Part shown: piece by piece, positions 40,213 to 50,782 of the stretch
How positions within the stretch are numbered: the first letter of the stretch is position 1
Layout of the letters: each line of letters begins with the position of its first letter
Source: Giesbergeria sp.
GTDB lineage: Bacteria; Pseudomonadota; Gammaproteobacteria; Burkholderiales; Burkholderiaceae_C
Reading direction: 5' to 3'
Assembly: GCA_026647025.1 (NCBI GenBank)
Contig: JAPKHH010000004.1
Coordinates: forward strand, 12,743-76,742
Length of the DNA: 64,000 bases
Position numbers and translations under genes: made by a program
Notes under the pieces: generated by a model
Databases searched by the model: none
The model's input: only the letters and a program-made list of their open reading frames with translations
What the model was told of the DNA's origin: nothing

Positions 40213-41016
40213 ATGACGACCTTTGATGCAAATGTGCGCCTTGCGAGAATCCATGAGGCTTCCACCCCCGGAGCGCTGATGGACCTGGACTCATCGTGGT
40301 GGGGGTTTGGTGGGCTCCATGGCGGATTGGCATTGAGCTTGTTGACAGCCGCCATGCGCAACAGATCACCGGGACGCGTCTTGCGGCAAGTCACTGGTCG
40401 ATTCCAACGCGCCCTGCGGGAGCCGTTCACATTGGACGTATCGGACCCTTCGGCGGGAAGGAATGTGTCCTGGCTGGACGCCTGCGCAGCCGAAGGAAAT
40501 CGCGTGGCCATATCGGCCAACGCGCTGTTCACTATGCCAAGCCAAGGGAGCGGGACGGGCTTCGCACCACAGATGCCGGTTGTGCCGCCGCCATCGCAGT
40601 GCCCGGTTTTCAGCATACCCGCCGCATTCGTGCCGTTCGCCCGGCATACCGAGATTCGGCCCGTAGGCAAAGTCCGACCGTTCAGCAACGCTGTCGAACC
40701 GGAACTCATCGCCTGGGTGCGCCTGGTCGATGACGACCTCCCGCCCGACGATGCCCGGCTGGTCCTGCTGATGGACGCACTCGCGCCGTCCTATTCGGCG
40801 GTCCTGGGCGCACCGGTTCCTATGCCCACCGTCACGTACACGGTGACGCCGGGCAGCGGCCTGGCCCAGGCGTCGTCGCCCTGGGTGCTGCTGTACGCAC
40901 GCACCGATGCCTGCCGAAGTGACGGTTGGATACGGGAACGCCTGGAAGCATGGGCGCCCGATGGCACGCATCTCGGCTCGGCCGAGCAATTGCGCGTCGT
41001 TATGGACAGGACATGA
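40213..41016 (+). CDS. Thioesterase family (double hotdog) protein
   Basis: WWGFGGLHGGL, LLMDALAP, MPTVTYTV, GTHLGSAEQ. Confidence 0.8.
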   Translation: MTTFDANVRLARIHEASTPGALMDLDSSWWGFGGLHGGLALSLLTAAMRNRSPGRVLRQVTGRFQRALREPFTLDVSDPSAGRNVSWLDACAAEGNRVAISANALFTMPSQGSGTGFAPQMPVVPPPSQCPVFSIPAAFVPFARHTEIRPVGKVRPFSNAVEPELIAWVRLVDDDLPPDDARLVLLMDALAPSYSAVLGAPVPMPTVTYTVTPGSGLAQASSPWVLLYARTDACRSDGWIRERLEAWAPDGTHLGSAEQLRVVMDRT

Positions 41017-41045
41017 ATCTTTTGAGCCACTGAAGGAGGCAACCT

Positions 41046-42278
41046 ATGGACAGCTACATCATCGGCGCGGCACGCACGCCGCGCGGCAAGGGAAAGATCG
41101 GCAAGGGCGCACTGACGAGCGTTCACCCGCAAGAACTGCTGGCGACAGTCCTTAGGGCGCTCCCCGGCAGGGCCGGCTTCGACGTACGAGACGTAGACGA
41201 CGCAGTGGTTGGCACCGTTTCACAAATCGGCGCGCAGGGCGCAAACATTGCGCGCAACACGGTCCTGGCTGCCGGGTGGCCCCAGGATATCGGCGGCGTC
41301 TCGCTGAACCGATTCTGCGGTTCGGGCCTGCAAGCCATCCACTTCGCGGCCATGGGCGTCGCCTCTGGTGCGCAACGACTGGTGGTGGCGGGCGGCGTCG
41401 AGAGCATGTCGCAGTTTGGTCTGGGTGCCGACGGCGGTGGCCAGGACGGGGGCAACCCCAAGCTTCGAGAGCGTGTATTCCAGGTGCCGCAGGGCATCAG
41501 CGCCGACTTGATCGCGACCCTTGAGGGCTTCGGTCGGGAGGAGCTCGACGCTTGGGCGTTGCGCTCGCAGCGCCGCGCGGCACTCGCCATCGAGGAAGCC
41601 CGCTTCACGTCCTCACTCGTTCCTGTACATGACCCGCTGACCGGGGACCTGCTACTTGCCAGCGATGAGTTTCCGCGCCCGGACAGCACGGCGCAGGGGT
41701 TGGCGGCGCTGCCGGCTTCCTTTGTGGCACTGGGCGGTGCGACCGCAGGCGCGAATGGTGAAACCTTCGACCAGATTGCCCTGGCCGCCTACCCGCAGGC
41801 GGGAGTGATCCGGCACATCCACACGGCGGGCAATTCCAGCGGTATCGTCGATGGGGCGGCCGCCGTCGCCGTGGCATCGGGTGACTACGTAAAGGCCCAC
41901 GGCCTGCGACCGCGTGCCCGCATCCGCGCCATCGCATCGATCGGCAGCGAGCCGCTGATCATGCTGACCGCTCCTGCGGCGGCGAGCGAGAAGGCCCTGA
42001 AGGCGGCCGGTCTCGCGGCTGGCGACATCGACCTGTGGGAGATCAACGAAGCCTTCGCTGCCGTCGTGTTGCAGACGGTACGCCGACTGGGTATCGACCC
42101 GGAACGCGTGAACGTCAATGGCGGCAGCATCGCCCTGGGGCACCCGCTGGGAGCCACAGGCGCCATCCTGCTCGGCACGGTGCTCGATGAATTGGAGCGC
42201 CGTGATGCATCAACCGCCGTCATCACCATGTGCATCGGCGGCGGTCAGGGGGTCGCCACGGTCATCGAGCGCGTGTAG
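41046..42278 (+). CDS. Acetyl-CoA C-acyltransferase (thiolase)
   Basis: [27 protein letters not shown]. Confidence 0.93.
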   Translation: MDSYIIGAARTPRGKGKIGKGALTSVHPQELLATVLRALPGRAGFDVRDVDDAVVGTVSQIGAQGANIARNTVLAAGWPQDIGGVSLNRFCGSGLQAIHFAAMGVASGAQRLVVAGGVESMSQFGLGADGGGQDGGNPKLRERVFQVPQGISADLIATLEGFGREELDAWALRSQRRAALAIEEARFTSSLVPVHDPLTGDLLLASDEFPRPDSTAQGLAALPASFVALGGATAGANGETFDQIALAAYPQAGVIRHIHTAGNSSGIVDGAAAVAVASGDYVKAHGLRPRARIRAIASIGSEPLIMLTAPAAASEKALKAAGLAAGDIDLWEINEAFAAVVLQTVRRLGIDPERVNVNGGSIALGHPLGATGAILLGTVLDELERRDASTAVITMCIGGGQGVATVIERV

Positions 42279-42294
42279 TTCAAGCAGGCACGCC

Positions 42295-43494
42295 ATGACA
42301 CCGCAAGCCCATCCATCGAAGAACACCGCCCTCGGAGTTCTGGCCTGCCTTGCTGCACTGACCACGCTGGCGACCAACATCATCCTGCCCGCCTTTCCGG
42401 ACATCGGACGCACACTGGCCGTATCCCCCCAGAGCCTGGCCGTCACGCTCAGCGCATTTTTCATCCCCTTCGCGCTGGGGCAGCTGGTGATTGGTCCGGT
42501 TTCTGATCGCCGGGGCCGCAAGGGCCTGATGTTAAGCGGCCTGGCGGTGCTCGCGATCGGAAGCATGGTCTGCGCGCTGGCCACACAGCTGGAGTGGCTG
42601 ATCGTGGGCCGTGCCATCCAGGGGCTGGGGGCCTGCGCACCTTCGGTGCTGGCGCGTTCGATCATCCGCGACCTTTTCGAGGGTGTGACACTATCACGTG
42701 CCCTATCGTTCGTCATGGTCGCGATGGCTGCAGCACCCGGGTTTTCGCCCTTGGTGGGCGGTCTGTTGAGCCACATGGCCGGCTGGCGCAGCACATTCTG
42801 GCTGGTCGCGGCACTGACCCTTCTGCTCGGACTTCTCTACTCCACGCGCATCGGCGAGACACACCTTCCCACCGCACGGAGGGACGCTTTCATCGCGGCG
42901 ACCTTCACCAGCTACGTCCAGCTGCTCGGTGACCGCCGCTTCATGGCACCCGCGATGGGAGTCGGCTTGGCAGTCGGCGGCCTCCTGGCATTCTTCGCGG
43001 CCACCCCTGCCATTCTGATGGGCGGTTTGGGCCTGACCTCGATCGAACTGGGCTACTTCTTCGCGGTTACAGTGTTGGTCGTGTTCGGCGCTGGAATCAT
43101 GGCGCCGAGGCTGGCGACCCGCTGGAGTGCACCGGTCGTCGCGATGGTCGGCTGCACCATCGCGCTGGCCGGAAGCATCGCGTTGCTCGCTGGTTCGGCG
43201 GGGCTACTGCATTTCAGCGTTTCCATGAGCATTTTCCTATTCGGCATCGGATTGCTCAATCCACTGGGAACGGCAATGGCGCTGCAGCCATTCGGCGCTC
43301 GCGCCGGTGCCGCATCCGCCCTGCTGGGCTTCCTCCAGATGGGCGCCGCTTCCCTCGCCATCACCGCAATGGCTGCTGCCGAAGGCCCAGCCAACCGCTT
43401 GCTGGGGGCGGTGCTCGTTGCGTGCATGGGGGTTTCGCTGATCTTCCTGCTGTTGCCCCAAAACAAGGTGCAGGCGCCCGCCACTCCCGTATGA
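42295..43494 (+). CDS. MFS efflux transporter, Bcr/CflA (DHA1) family
   Basis: GPVSDRRGRK, GRAIQGLG, IIRDLF; 12 TM. Confidence 0.9.
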   Translation: MTPQAHPSKNTALGVLACLAALTTLATNIILPAFPDIGRTLAVSPQSLAVTLSAFFIPFALGQLVIGPVSDRRGRKGLMLSGLAVLAIGSMVCALATQLEWLIVGRAIQGLGACAPSVLARSIIRDLFEGVTLSRALSFVMVAMAAAPGFSPLVGGLLSHMAGWRSTFWLVAALTLLLGLLYSTRIGETHLPTARRDAFIAATFTSYVQLLGDRRFMAPAMGVGLAVGGLLAFFAATPAILMGGLGLTSIELGYFFAVTVLVVFGAGIMAPRLATRWSAPVVAMVGCTIALAGSIALLAGSAGLLHFSVSMSIFLFGIGLLNPLGTAMALQPFGARAGAASALLGFLQMGAASLAITAMAAAEGPANRLLGAVLVACMGVSLIFLLLPQNKVQAPATPV

Positions 43495-43655
43495 GTGCTC
43501 TGGCGCGTGGCCGCGCGGACATTCGCCAACATGTGCTGGAGGCTTCGTTGATGACCGAAACATCTTCAGCCATCACGCCCACCGCTTGATACGCCCAAAT
43601 TTCCGGACGGGATGGCGCACCGCCGCATCAATGATTGTTATTGGATGGATGTTTT

Positions 43656-44921
43656 ATGAAGCGAATTGTTGTGACGGGCATGGGTGTTGTTTCGCCGTTG
43701 GGATGCAATGTGGAGCATGTTTGGTCGAGACTTCTCTCCGGCCAGAGCGGAATCATTGAACTCCCACAGGCCATCGTTGATGGCATCGCCGCCAAGGTGG
43801 CGGGTGTAGTACCCGACTATTCCCCACAGAATCCGGAAGGCTTCGACCCCAATAGAGCAACGGAGCCGAAAGAACAGCGAAAGATGGATCGCTTCATTCT
43901 GTTTGCTCTGGAAGCGGCGCAGCAGGCGCTGGAACAAGCGAACTGGAGACCAAGGAGTGATGATGAGCGGTTTCGAACGGCCACAGTGATTGCTTCCGGT
44001 GTTGGCGGATTCGGTGCGATCGCCGATGCAGTCCGCACCACGGAAACTCGCGGGCCTCGCCGCCTGTCCCCATTCACGATTCCGAGTTTTCTTGCCAACA
44101 TGGCGGCGGGTGCCGTTTCAATCCAGCATGGGTTCGGAGGGGCGCTTGGAGCGCCTGTGACGGCTTGTGCTGCTGGCGTGCAGGCTATCGGTGATGCCGC
44201 AAGACTGATTCGAAGTGGCGAAGCAGATATTGCGTTGTGTGGCGGTGTCGAAGCCTGTATCGATCGCGTCAGCATCGGGGCGTTTGCAGCGGCGCGGGCT
44301 CTCTCAACGGACTTCGCTGAGATGCCACACCAAGCATCACGCCCCTTTGATCAGGCACGTGACGGATTCGTCATGGCCGAAGGAGCAGGCTTGCTGGTGA
44401 TCGAGAGCCTCGAACATGCTCTGCGGCGTGGAGCCACACCGATCGTCGAACTGGTCGGCTATGGCACCAGCGCTGATGCCCACCACATGACTTCCACGCC
44501 TGATGACGGTTCCGGCGCTCGCCGCGCAATGGAACTCGCACTCAATCAAGCTGGAATCTCAGCGGGCGAGGTGCAGCACTTGAATGCGCATGCAACATCC
44601 ACCCCAATGGGTGACCGCAGCGAGCTTCGTGCGATCAAGTCCGTCTTTGGCGGCGTTCAAGGACCGGCAGTTTCGGCAACAAAATCGTCCACCGGCCATC
44701 TGCTTGGTGCAGCGGGCGGTATCGAAGCGATCTTCACTGCTTTGGCCGTTCGCGACCAAATTGCTCCCGCAACGTTGAATCTTGAGAACCCGGATACGGA
44801 GTCAGTAGGCGTGAACATCGTTTCTGTCAAGCCACTCTCTTTGGAGATTGACTATGCAATGTCGAATGGCTTTGGTTTCGGCGGAGTAAATGCCAGCCTC
44901 CTGTTCAGAAAATTTCAGTAG
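43656..44921 (+). CDS. fabF: Beta-ketoacyl-ACP synthase II paralogue
   Basis: TACAAG (Cys), HMT, NAHATST, KSSTGHLLGAAGG, SNGFGFGG. Confidence 0.92.
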   Translation: MKRIVVTGMGVVSPLGCNVEHVWSRLLSGQSGIIELPQAIVDGIAAKVAGVVPDYSPQNPEGFDPNRATEPKEQRKMDRFILFALEAAQQALEQANWRPRSDDERFRTATVIASGVGGFGAIADAVRTTETRGPRRLSPFTIPSFLANMAAGAVSIQHGFGGALGAPVTACAAGVQAIGDAARLIRSGEADIALCGGVEACIDRVSIGAFAAARALSTDFAEMPHQASRPFDQARDGFVMAEGAGLLVIESLEHALRRGATPIVELVGYGTSADAHHMTSTPDDGSGARRAMELALNQAGISAGEVQHLNAHATSTPMGDRSELRAIKSVFGGVQGPAVSATKSSTGHLLGAAGGIEAIFTALAVRDQIAPATLNLENPDTESVGVNIVSVKPLSLEIDYAMSNGFGFGGVNASLLFRKFQ

Positions 44922-44924
44922 CGC

Positions 44925-45085
44925 TCGGGTGCTTCTGGATGGCAGCATCCGCGAAACCCGGCTGGCAGTCGCGTATGCCGCTGGCAGATGCCGTACCACG
45001 GCATTTCCTCGTCAAGCCAGATCGTCAGCGACCTTCGTGTCTTGAGTGCGCTGTTCTACGCAGCACAGTGGTGGTCTTGCCGCAG
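44925..45085 (-). pseudogene. IS5-family (IS903 group) transposase N-terminal relic
   Basis: Own translation: AA*NSALKTRRSLTIWLDEEMPWY, then after a frameshift FADAAIQ; resembles the IS903-type N-terminus (YNAALKARGSLTIW...FSDAAIQ). Confidence 0.7.
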
Positions 45086-45107
45086 GACGGGCGCTTCCAT
45101 CTCAGTG

Positions 45108-46592
45108 TCAGAGGTCGAGCGATGTGTACAGTGCGTCCATGCGCGCCGTCACCTCGGCATCCATGGCCATGGTGCGGCCCCATTCGCGCTGGGTCTCGCC
45201 GGGCCATTTGTTTGTGGCGTCCATGCCCATCTTGCTGCCCAGGCCGCTGACCGGGGAGGCGAAGTCGAGGTAGTCGATGGGGGTGTGCTCGATGAGCATC
45301 GTGTCGCGTGCCGGATCCATGCGCGTGGTCATGGCCCAGACGACTTCCTTCCAATCGCGCACGTCCACATCGTCGTCCACCACCACGATGAACTTGGTGT
45401 ACATGAACTGGCGCAGATGGCTCCACACACCCATCATCACGCGCCGCGCGTGGCCGGGGTAGGCTTTCTTGATGCGCACCAGCGCCATGCGATAGCTGCA
45501 GCCCTCGGGCGGCAGATAGAAGTCGATGATCTCCGGGAACTGGCGTTGCAGGAGCGGAATGAACAACTCGTTGAGCGCCACGCCCAGCACAGCCGGTTCA
45601 TCGGGCGGTTTGCCGGTGTAGGTGGAGTGGTAGATCGCATCCTTGCGCAGCGTGATGCGGTCCACCGTGAACACCGGGAACTCGGCGCATTCGTTGTAGT
45701 AGCCGGTGTGGTCGCCGTACGGCCCTTCGAGCGCGTGCTGCCAGCCGCTGGGGTGTGCGGCATCGGCGTAGATATGGCCTTCGAGCACGATTTCGGCGTG
45801 TGCCGGGACGGAGAGCGGCACGCCCAGCGCGGGTGCCACCTCGGTGCGCGCACCGCGCAGCAGGCCGGCAAACTGGTATTCGGAGAGGCTGTCGGGCACG
45901 GGTGTGACGGCGCCCAGGATGGTCGCCGGGTCGGCGCCAATGGCGACGGCCACCGGGTAAGGCTCGCCGGGGTGCAGGCGGCAGTGCTCGGCAAAATCGA
46001 GCGCCCCGCCGCGGTGTGCCAGCCAGCGCATGATGAGCTGGTTGCGGCCCAGCACTTGCTGGCGGTAGATGCCCAGGTTCTGCCGCGCCTTGTGCGGCCC
46101 GCGCGTGATGACCAGCCCCCAGGTGACGAGCGGCGCCACATCGCCCGGCCAGCAGTGCTGGATGGGCAGGCGCGCCAGGTCCACGTCCTGGCCTTCCCAC
46201 ACCAGTTCCTGGCAGGGTGGGCTGCTGCGCTCCTTGGGCGCCATGTTCCACAGGGTCTTGAGCAGGCTGCTCATGCCCACCATTTCCTTGAAGCCCTTGG
46301 GTGCCTCGGGCTCCTTGAGCGAGGCCAGCAGTTCGCCAAAGGGGCGCAGCCCGGCAATGCTGTCCACCCCCATGGCGCGGGCCACGCGCTCGGGCGTGCC
46401 GAACAGGTTGGCCAGTACGGGCATGGTGTGGCCTGTGGGGTTGTCAAACAGCAGCGCCGGGCCACCGGCGCGCAGCACGCGGTCTGCCAGCGCGGTCATC
46501 TCCAGGTGGGGCGAGACGGGCTCGGCAATGCGGCGCAGGTCGCCGGTGTGTTCAAGCTGGGCAAGAAAGCTGCGGAGGTCGTGCGTAGGCAT
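45108..46592 (-). CDS. ubiD: 4-hydroxy-3-polyprenylbenzoate decarboxylase
   Basis: [46 protein letters not shown]. Confidence 0.95.
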   Translation of the reverse strand: MPTHDLRSFLAQLEHTGDLRRIAEPVSPHLEMTALADRVLRAGGPALLFDNPTGHTMPVLANLFGTPERVARAMGVDSIAGLRPFGELLASLKEPEAPKGFKEMVGMSSLLKTLWNMAPKERSSPPCQELVWEGQDVDLARLPIQHCWPGDVAPLVTWGLVITRGPHKARQNLGIYRQQVLGRNQLIMRWLAHRGGALDFAEHCRLHPGEPYPVAVAIGADPATILGAVTPVPDSLSEYQFAGLLRGARTEVAPALGVPLSVPAHAEIVLEGHIYADAAHPSGWQHALEGPYGDHTGYYNECAEFPVFTVDRITLRKDAIYHSTYTGKPPDEPAVLGVALNELFIPLLQRQFPEIIDFYLPPEGCSYRMALVRIKKAYPGHARRVMMGVWSHLRQFMYTKFIVVVDDDVDVRDWKEVVWAMTTRMDPARDTMLIEHTPIDYLDFASPVSGLGSKMGMDATNKWPGETQREWGRTMAMDAEVTARMDALYTSLDL

Positions 46593-46609
46593 GGGGGGAT
46601 TTTCAGGCG

Positions 46610-46664
46610 AAATAAGGCTTTTGCGCTGGTGTGGATTGCGGCGCCAGCTACTCTTTTTGATTCA
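46610..46664 (-). repeat. Degenerate copy 5 of the dispersed repeat
   Basis: Minus strand: ...GTAGCTGGCGCCGCAATCCACACCAGCGCAAAAGCCTTATTT; same layout with many substitutions. Confidence 0.5.
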
Positions 46665-46787
46665 TCGCAGAGTAACCCGATGAAGGGGCCGTCCGACCAC
46701 GGTTGTCATAATCAACGGCTTTTGCCCGGCGCGGTTGGGCAGGCCGTGGGACAGACAAACCCCTGTGGCCATTGTTGAAGGAGCATA

Positions 46788-48095
46788 GTGACCGAACGTT
46801 TGAGAGCCGACACGGCGGTGGGTCCCCTGTTGTGGCGATTGTCCACGCTGCTGCTGGGCGCAGGGATGCTGGTGCTGGGTTTGGGCCTGCTGTTTTCCGT
46901 GCTGGGCCTGCGCGCAGGGATGGAGCAATTCTCCAGCATCACTCTGGGGCTGGTGACCTCGGCCTATTTTGTGGGCTTTGTGGTGGGCACGTTTGCCTGC
47001 CCGGTGGTCATCCGCAAGGTGGGGCATATCCGGGCGTTTGCCGCCATGGCTTCGCTGGCTTCCACGATGCCGATCCTGCACGCCTTCTGGATCGACCCCT
47101 GGTTCTGGGGTTTGCTGCGCCTGGTCACCGGGATGTGCATGGTCGGCCTGTTCATCGCGATCGAGAGCTGGCTCAACACCCTCGCGCCCAACGCGCTGCG
47201 CGGGCGGCTGTTTGCCGTGTACATGGCCATCAACTTTGTGGCCATGGCGCTGGGCCAGTGGCTGGTGCTGGTCGGTGGGGGCCTGGGGTTCGTGCCGTTT
47301 GCCCTGGTGTCGGTGATGTTTTCGTTTGCATTGCTGCCCATCACCATGACCGAGGTGGATGAGCCGGAGCCTGTGGAGGCGCCCCGCTTCAGCCTGCGCA
47401 GCCTGTACGAAGCCTCGCCCATGGGCATGGCGGCCGCGCTGGCCTCGGGGCTGCTGACGGGTGCGTTCTACGGCATGAGCGCGGTGTTCGGAAAATCCGT
47501 GGGTTTCTCCGATGCCGGGGTGGCCAGCTTCATGGCCACCGCCATTCTGGGCGGCGCGGCACTGCAGTGGCCCGTGGGCCACTTCTCGGACAGCCACGAC
47601 CGGCGCGTGGTGCTGCTCTGGGTGTGCGTTCTGGGTGCGCTCGTGAGCGCCGTGGGGTACCTTCTGGCCGAAAACGCGGTGGACGCGTTGCTGCCGCTGG
47701 CACTGCTGTTTGGCGGGTTGATCTTCTCCATCTACGGCCTGTGCGTGGCGCACGTGAACGATGTGATCGATTCGTCGCGGCTGGTCGAATTTACCGGTGG
47801 TCTGCTGCTGATCCACGGCGTGGGGGCGGCCGTCGGGCCGATTCTGGCAGGCGCGGTGATGGATGTGGCCGGGCCGTCGAGTCTGATGCTGTTCTATGCC
47901 GCCGTGCTGGCCGCGCTGGCGCTCTATTCGTTCCAGCGCCTCAAGGCTGCGCCGCCGGTGCCGACCGCGCAGAAGGCGGACTTTGTGGCCATGGGCGCTG
48001 GCTCGCAGGCCGTGCTGCAGATGGATCCCCGGGGCCCGGCTGAAGACGGTGGTGCAGGCCCGGAGTCCGAAGCACGGCCCCCGAGCGGCCCCTGA
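46788..48095 (+). CDS. MFS transporter (YcaD-like)
   Basis: IRKVGHIRAFA, IESWLN, QWPVGHFSDSHDRR; 12 TM; GTG start. Confidence 0.88.
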   Translation: MTERLRADTAVGPLLWRLSTLLLGAGMLVLGLGLLFSVLGLRAGMEQFSSITLGLVTSAYFVGFVVGTFACPVVIRKVGHIRAFAAMASLASTMPILHAFWIDPWFWGLLRLVTGMCMVGLFIAIESWLNTLAPNALRGRLFAVYMAINFVAMALGQWLVLVGGGLGFVPFALVSVMFSFALLPITMTEVDEPEPVEAPRFSLRSLYEASPMGMAAALASGLLTGAFYGMSAVFGKSVGFSDAGVASFMATAILGGAALQWPVGHFSDSHDRRVVLLWVCVLGALVSAVGYLLAENAVDALLPLALLFGGLIFSIYGLCVAHVNDVIDSSRLVEFTGGLLLIHGVGAAVGPILAGAVMDVAGPSSLMLFYAAVLAALALYSFQRLKAAPPVPTAQKADFVAMGAGSQAVLQMDPRGPAEDGGAGPESEARPPSGP

Positions 48096-48108
48096 TCCAG
48101 GCCCCTGG

Positions 48109-48717
48109 TCAGGCGGCAGGAGTGGACAGGCCTTCCCAGCGTTTGCTCAAAGGGTGGTCTACGCCCAGCAAATCCAGCACACGCGCCACGCTGGCATCCA
48201 CGATGTCGGCCACGGTTTGCGGGTGCATATAGAACGCGGGTACGGGTGGGCAGACGATGGCGCCCATCTCGGTCACGCTGACCATGTTGCGCAGGTGGCC
48301 CAGGTGCAGCGGCGTCTCGCGCGCCATCAGCACCAGGCGGCGGCGCTCCTTGAGCACCACGTCGGCGGCGCGGGTGAGCAGGTTGTCCGACAGACTGTGC
48401 GCCACCGAGGCCAGTGTGCGCATGGAGCACGGCGCCACCACCATGCCCGCGCACTGGAACGAGCCGCTGGCAATGCTGGCCCCCACGTTGCGGGCGTCGT
48501 GCGCCTGGTGCGCCAGCGCCTCGACGGCGGGGCGCTCCAGGCCCAGCTCATGGCGCAGGGTGCGCCAGCCGGCGTCGGACACCACCAGGTGGGATTCGGT
48601 GCCCGGGCATTCGCGCAGCACCTGCAGCAGGCGCACCCCATAGATGGCGCCGCTGGCGCCCGAGATGCCGACGATGATGCGCTGGGGCACCACGGCGGGG
48701 GCGGCGGTCGTGCTCAT
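48109..48717 (-). CDS. ubiX: Flavin prenyltransferase
   Basis: GISGASGAIYG, IASGS, APCSMRTL, RAADVVLKERR, ARETPL, PPVPAFY. Confidence 0.95.
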   Translation of the reverse strand: MSTTAAPAVVPQRIIVGISGASGAIYGVRLLQVLRECPGTESHLVVSDAGWRTLRHELGLERPAVEALAHQAHDARNVGASIASGSFQCAGMVVAPCSMRTLASVAHSLSDNLLTRAADVVLKERRRLVLMARETPLHLGHLRNMVSVTEMGAIVCPPVPAFYMHPQTVADIVDASVARVLDLLGVDHPLSKRWEGLSTPAA

Positions 48718-49139
48718 GCAACGCGCAAGGCAGAAGCGTCGGTAGCAGGGAGGCCTGCCGGGCCGCCGAGCGGATGCGCCAGCAGATCGGCCTTCACCTG
48801 CTCCAGCACGGTGCTGGCCTGTGCGGGGTCAAAGTCTTCATGGCGGCGTTTTTTGACGCCGTATTGCTGCAATTGGTAGTGCCGGTCGGCCGTGATGCCA
48901 TGGCGCGAGAGGCAGCCCTGCACGCAGTTGAGCGGGCAGCCGTCCAGCGCGATGATGGGGCGGCCCGAGCGTGCGGTGCGCACCAGGCTGGGCACGTCCC
49001 CGCCGACACCGGCAATGCACGACATCTCGGCCACACCCGCGCGGTCCAGGCGCAGGGCGACGTGGTTGGCCAGCTGCGCGGCGCTCGAACACCCGGAGCA
49101 GGAATACACCAGGGGACGGGGGTCGGTGGCGCTGCTCAT
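48714..49139 (-). CDS. DGC-domain putative metal-binding protein
   Basis: VYSCSGCSSAAQLAN, MSCIAGVGG, IALDGCPLNCV; ATGA-coupled to ubiT and ubiX. Confidence 0.82.
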   Translation of the reverse strand: MSSATDPRPLVYSCSGCSSAAQLANHVALRLDRAGVAEMSCIAGVGGDVPSLVRTARSGRPIIALDGCPLNCVQGCLSRHGITADRHYQLQQYGVKKRRHEDFDPAQASTVLEQVKADLLAHPLGGPAGLPATDASALRVA

Positions 49140-49648
49140 GGCCGGGCACCGGGATAGAGTGGGTCGGCAGCGCGCGCGCCGGGGCGCAGCTTTGCCAGGC
49201 GCGCGAGCACCTGGCGCGGTGCCCACTGCTGCAGGTCGAGCACCGGCAGTTCCAGCGCGTCGAGCGTGTTCTTCACCACCAGGCCGAGTTCGGTGTCGCC
49301 TTCCATGACCAGGCGGCGGTTGAAGAACAGCGTGTCCGGGTCTTGCTGGCGCTGGGCCAGCAGCAGAAAGTCGTGCGCTGAGGCCGCAATGCACAGGTCG
49401 GTTTCCACATGGCGCGCGCGGGGCGCAAAGGCGGCGCCGGTCCAGGTGAAGTCGAACGTCACGCGGGCGTCCCGCACCTCGATGCGCAGGCGCTTGCCGC
49501 GCAGCAGGTCGCCCACATCGCGTGGCAGCTGGCGCGCCACACCCACGTTGAGTGCGGTGACCAGCAAGAGCGAGCCCGGGTACGCCGGCAGCCGCCCGGT
49601 AAGCGCCGCCAGCGGTGCGGGCAGGGTGAAGGGGGTGGGGGCGTTCAT
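49136..49648 (-). CDS. ubiT: SCP2-domain ubiquinone accessory protein for the O2-independent pathway
   Basis: QDPDTLFFNRRLVMEGDTELGLVVKNTLD; adjacent to ubiUV. Confidence 0.88.
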   Translation of the reverse strand: MNAPTPFTLPAPLAALTGRLPAYPGSLLLVTALNVGVARQLPRDVGDLLRGKRLRIEVRDARVTFDFTWTGAAFAPRARHVETDLCIAASAHDFLLLAQRQQDPDTLFFNRRLVMEGDTELGLVVKNTLDALELPVLDLQQWAPRQVLARLAKLRPGARAADPLYPGARP

Positions 49649-49673
49649 GGTGTTCCTTTGCTGGGGATGTGTT

Positions 49674-49728
49674 TCATCACATTTGATAGCTGCTTGCGCT
49701 TGATCAGTAAGCGTTAGAGGCTGTTTTT
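49674..49728 (+). repeat. Dispersed bipartite palindromic repeat, copy 6 (left arm decayed)
   Basis: ...TTTGATAGCTGCTTGCGCTTGATCAGTAAGCGTTAGAGGCTGTTTTT. Confidence 0.8.
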
Positions 49729-49757
49729 GCTTGTATTTTCAACGGATTCAAAAAACT

Positions 49758-50666
49758 TCAGTTTGCAACCAGTGCCTCGGCGTCGACCAGGTCCAGGCCC
49801 GGCTGGCCGTGCCAGTAGCCGTTGCAGCTCTGGTCGGGCACCAGGGGCTGGAGTTGCGCGCGGGCATCGTGCGGCGCCAGGGTGCCCCGGCGCACGGCGT
49901 CGAACAGGGCAAGGATTTCGTGCGTGTGCTGCGCCTGTGGGCTGATGCGCGCCACGGCCACGCCCATGCTCTGCATGCGCGGCAGTTCGTCGATCAGGTT
50001 GTGCACACGCGCCGATTGCGTCTGGATGCCGTTGAGCACCAGAAAATCTTCGCTCTCGCGCGTCTTGAGCATCAGGCCGTCGGGGTGGTCCATGCAGCTG
50101 AACTGGCAGTCGTCCTTGGGGAGGTTGCGCTGGCGCGCAGTAAAGCACCGCGCCGAGAAGGCCAGCGGCATGCGGCCATAGGCAAACACTTCGGTCTGCA
50201 GGTTCTGCGGGCCGTCCTGGATGAGGGCGGAAAGGTCCTGGTGCTTCATCTCCAGCGGTGCCACCCAGCGCGTGGCGCCGAGGGACGCCAGCCAGGTGAG
50301 CGAGGGCTGGTTGTAGATGTTCAGGTGCAGGCCGCCCACGAAGGGGCGCTGGCCCGCCAGGCGCTGCACCGCGCCCATGTCGTTGGCCTCAATGAGGTAG
50401 TCGGGGTTGGCGGTGACCTTGTGCATGGCACTCACCTCGACGCCCGATTCGAGCAGCACCTGCGTGGACAGCACGGCCTCCTTGCCCGCGTCGCGCATCA
50501 GGTCGGCAATGTCGATCCAGTCGGAAAAGCGCAGTTCGTGGCGCCGCGAGCACACGGTTTCGCCCAGGTAGACGATGTCCACCGGCGAGGCGGCGATGGC
50601 CTCGTAAAAGTCAAAAATGGTCTGGCGCGGCCAGTAGTACTGCAGCGCACCGAGGGAGAGCTTCAT
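49758..50666 (-). CDS. ubiV: U32-family O2-independent ubiquinone hydroxylase subunit
   Basis: MKLSLGALQYYW, GETVCSRR, SARCFTAR, DDCQFSC (four Fe-S Cys). Confidence 0.93.
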   Translation of the reverse strand: MKLSLGALQYYWPRQTIFDFYEAIAASPVDIVYLGETVCSRRHELRFSDWIDIADLMRDAGKEAVLSTQVLLESGVEVSAMHKVTANPDYLIEANDMGAVQRLAGQRPFVGGLHLNIYNQPSLTWLASLGATRWVAPLEMKHQDLSALIQDGPQNLQTEVFAYGRMPLAFSARCFTARQRNLPKDDCQFSCMDHPDGLMLKTRESEDFLVLNGIQTQSARVHNLIDELPRMQSMGVAVARISPQAQHTHEILALFDAVRRGTLAPHDARAQLQPLVPDQSCNGYWHGQPGLDLVDAEALVAN

Positions 50667-50782
50667 TGTCGGTTCATCCATGGCTTGATTCGTCGTTCGC
50701 GGCTGTCTTGCGCAAAGCCGAGCATGTGCGCCGCTCGTGGGCGTCGAGACGGGCGCGACCCCACCAGGGCAGCCGCGCAAGG

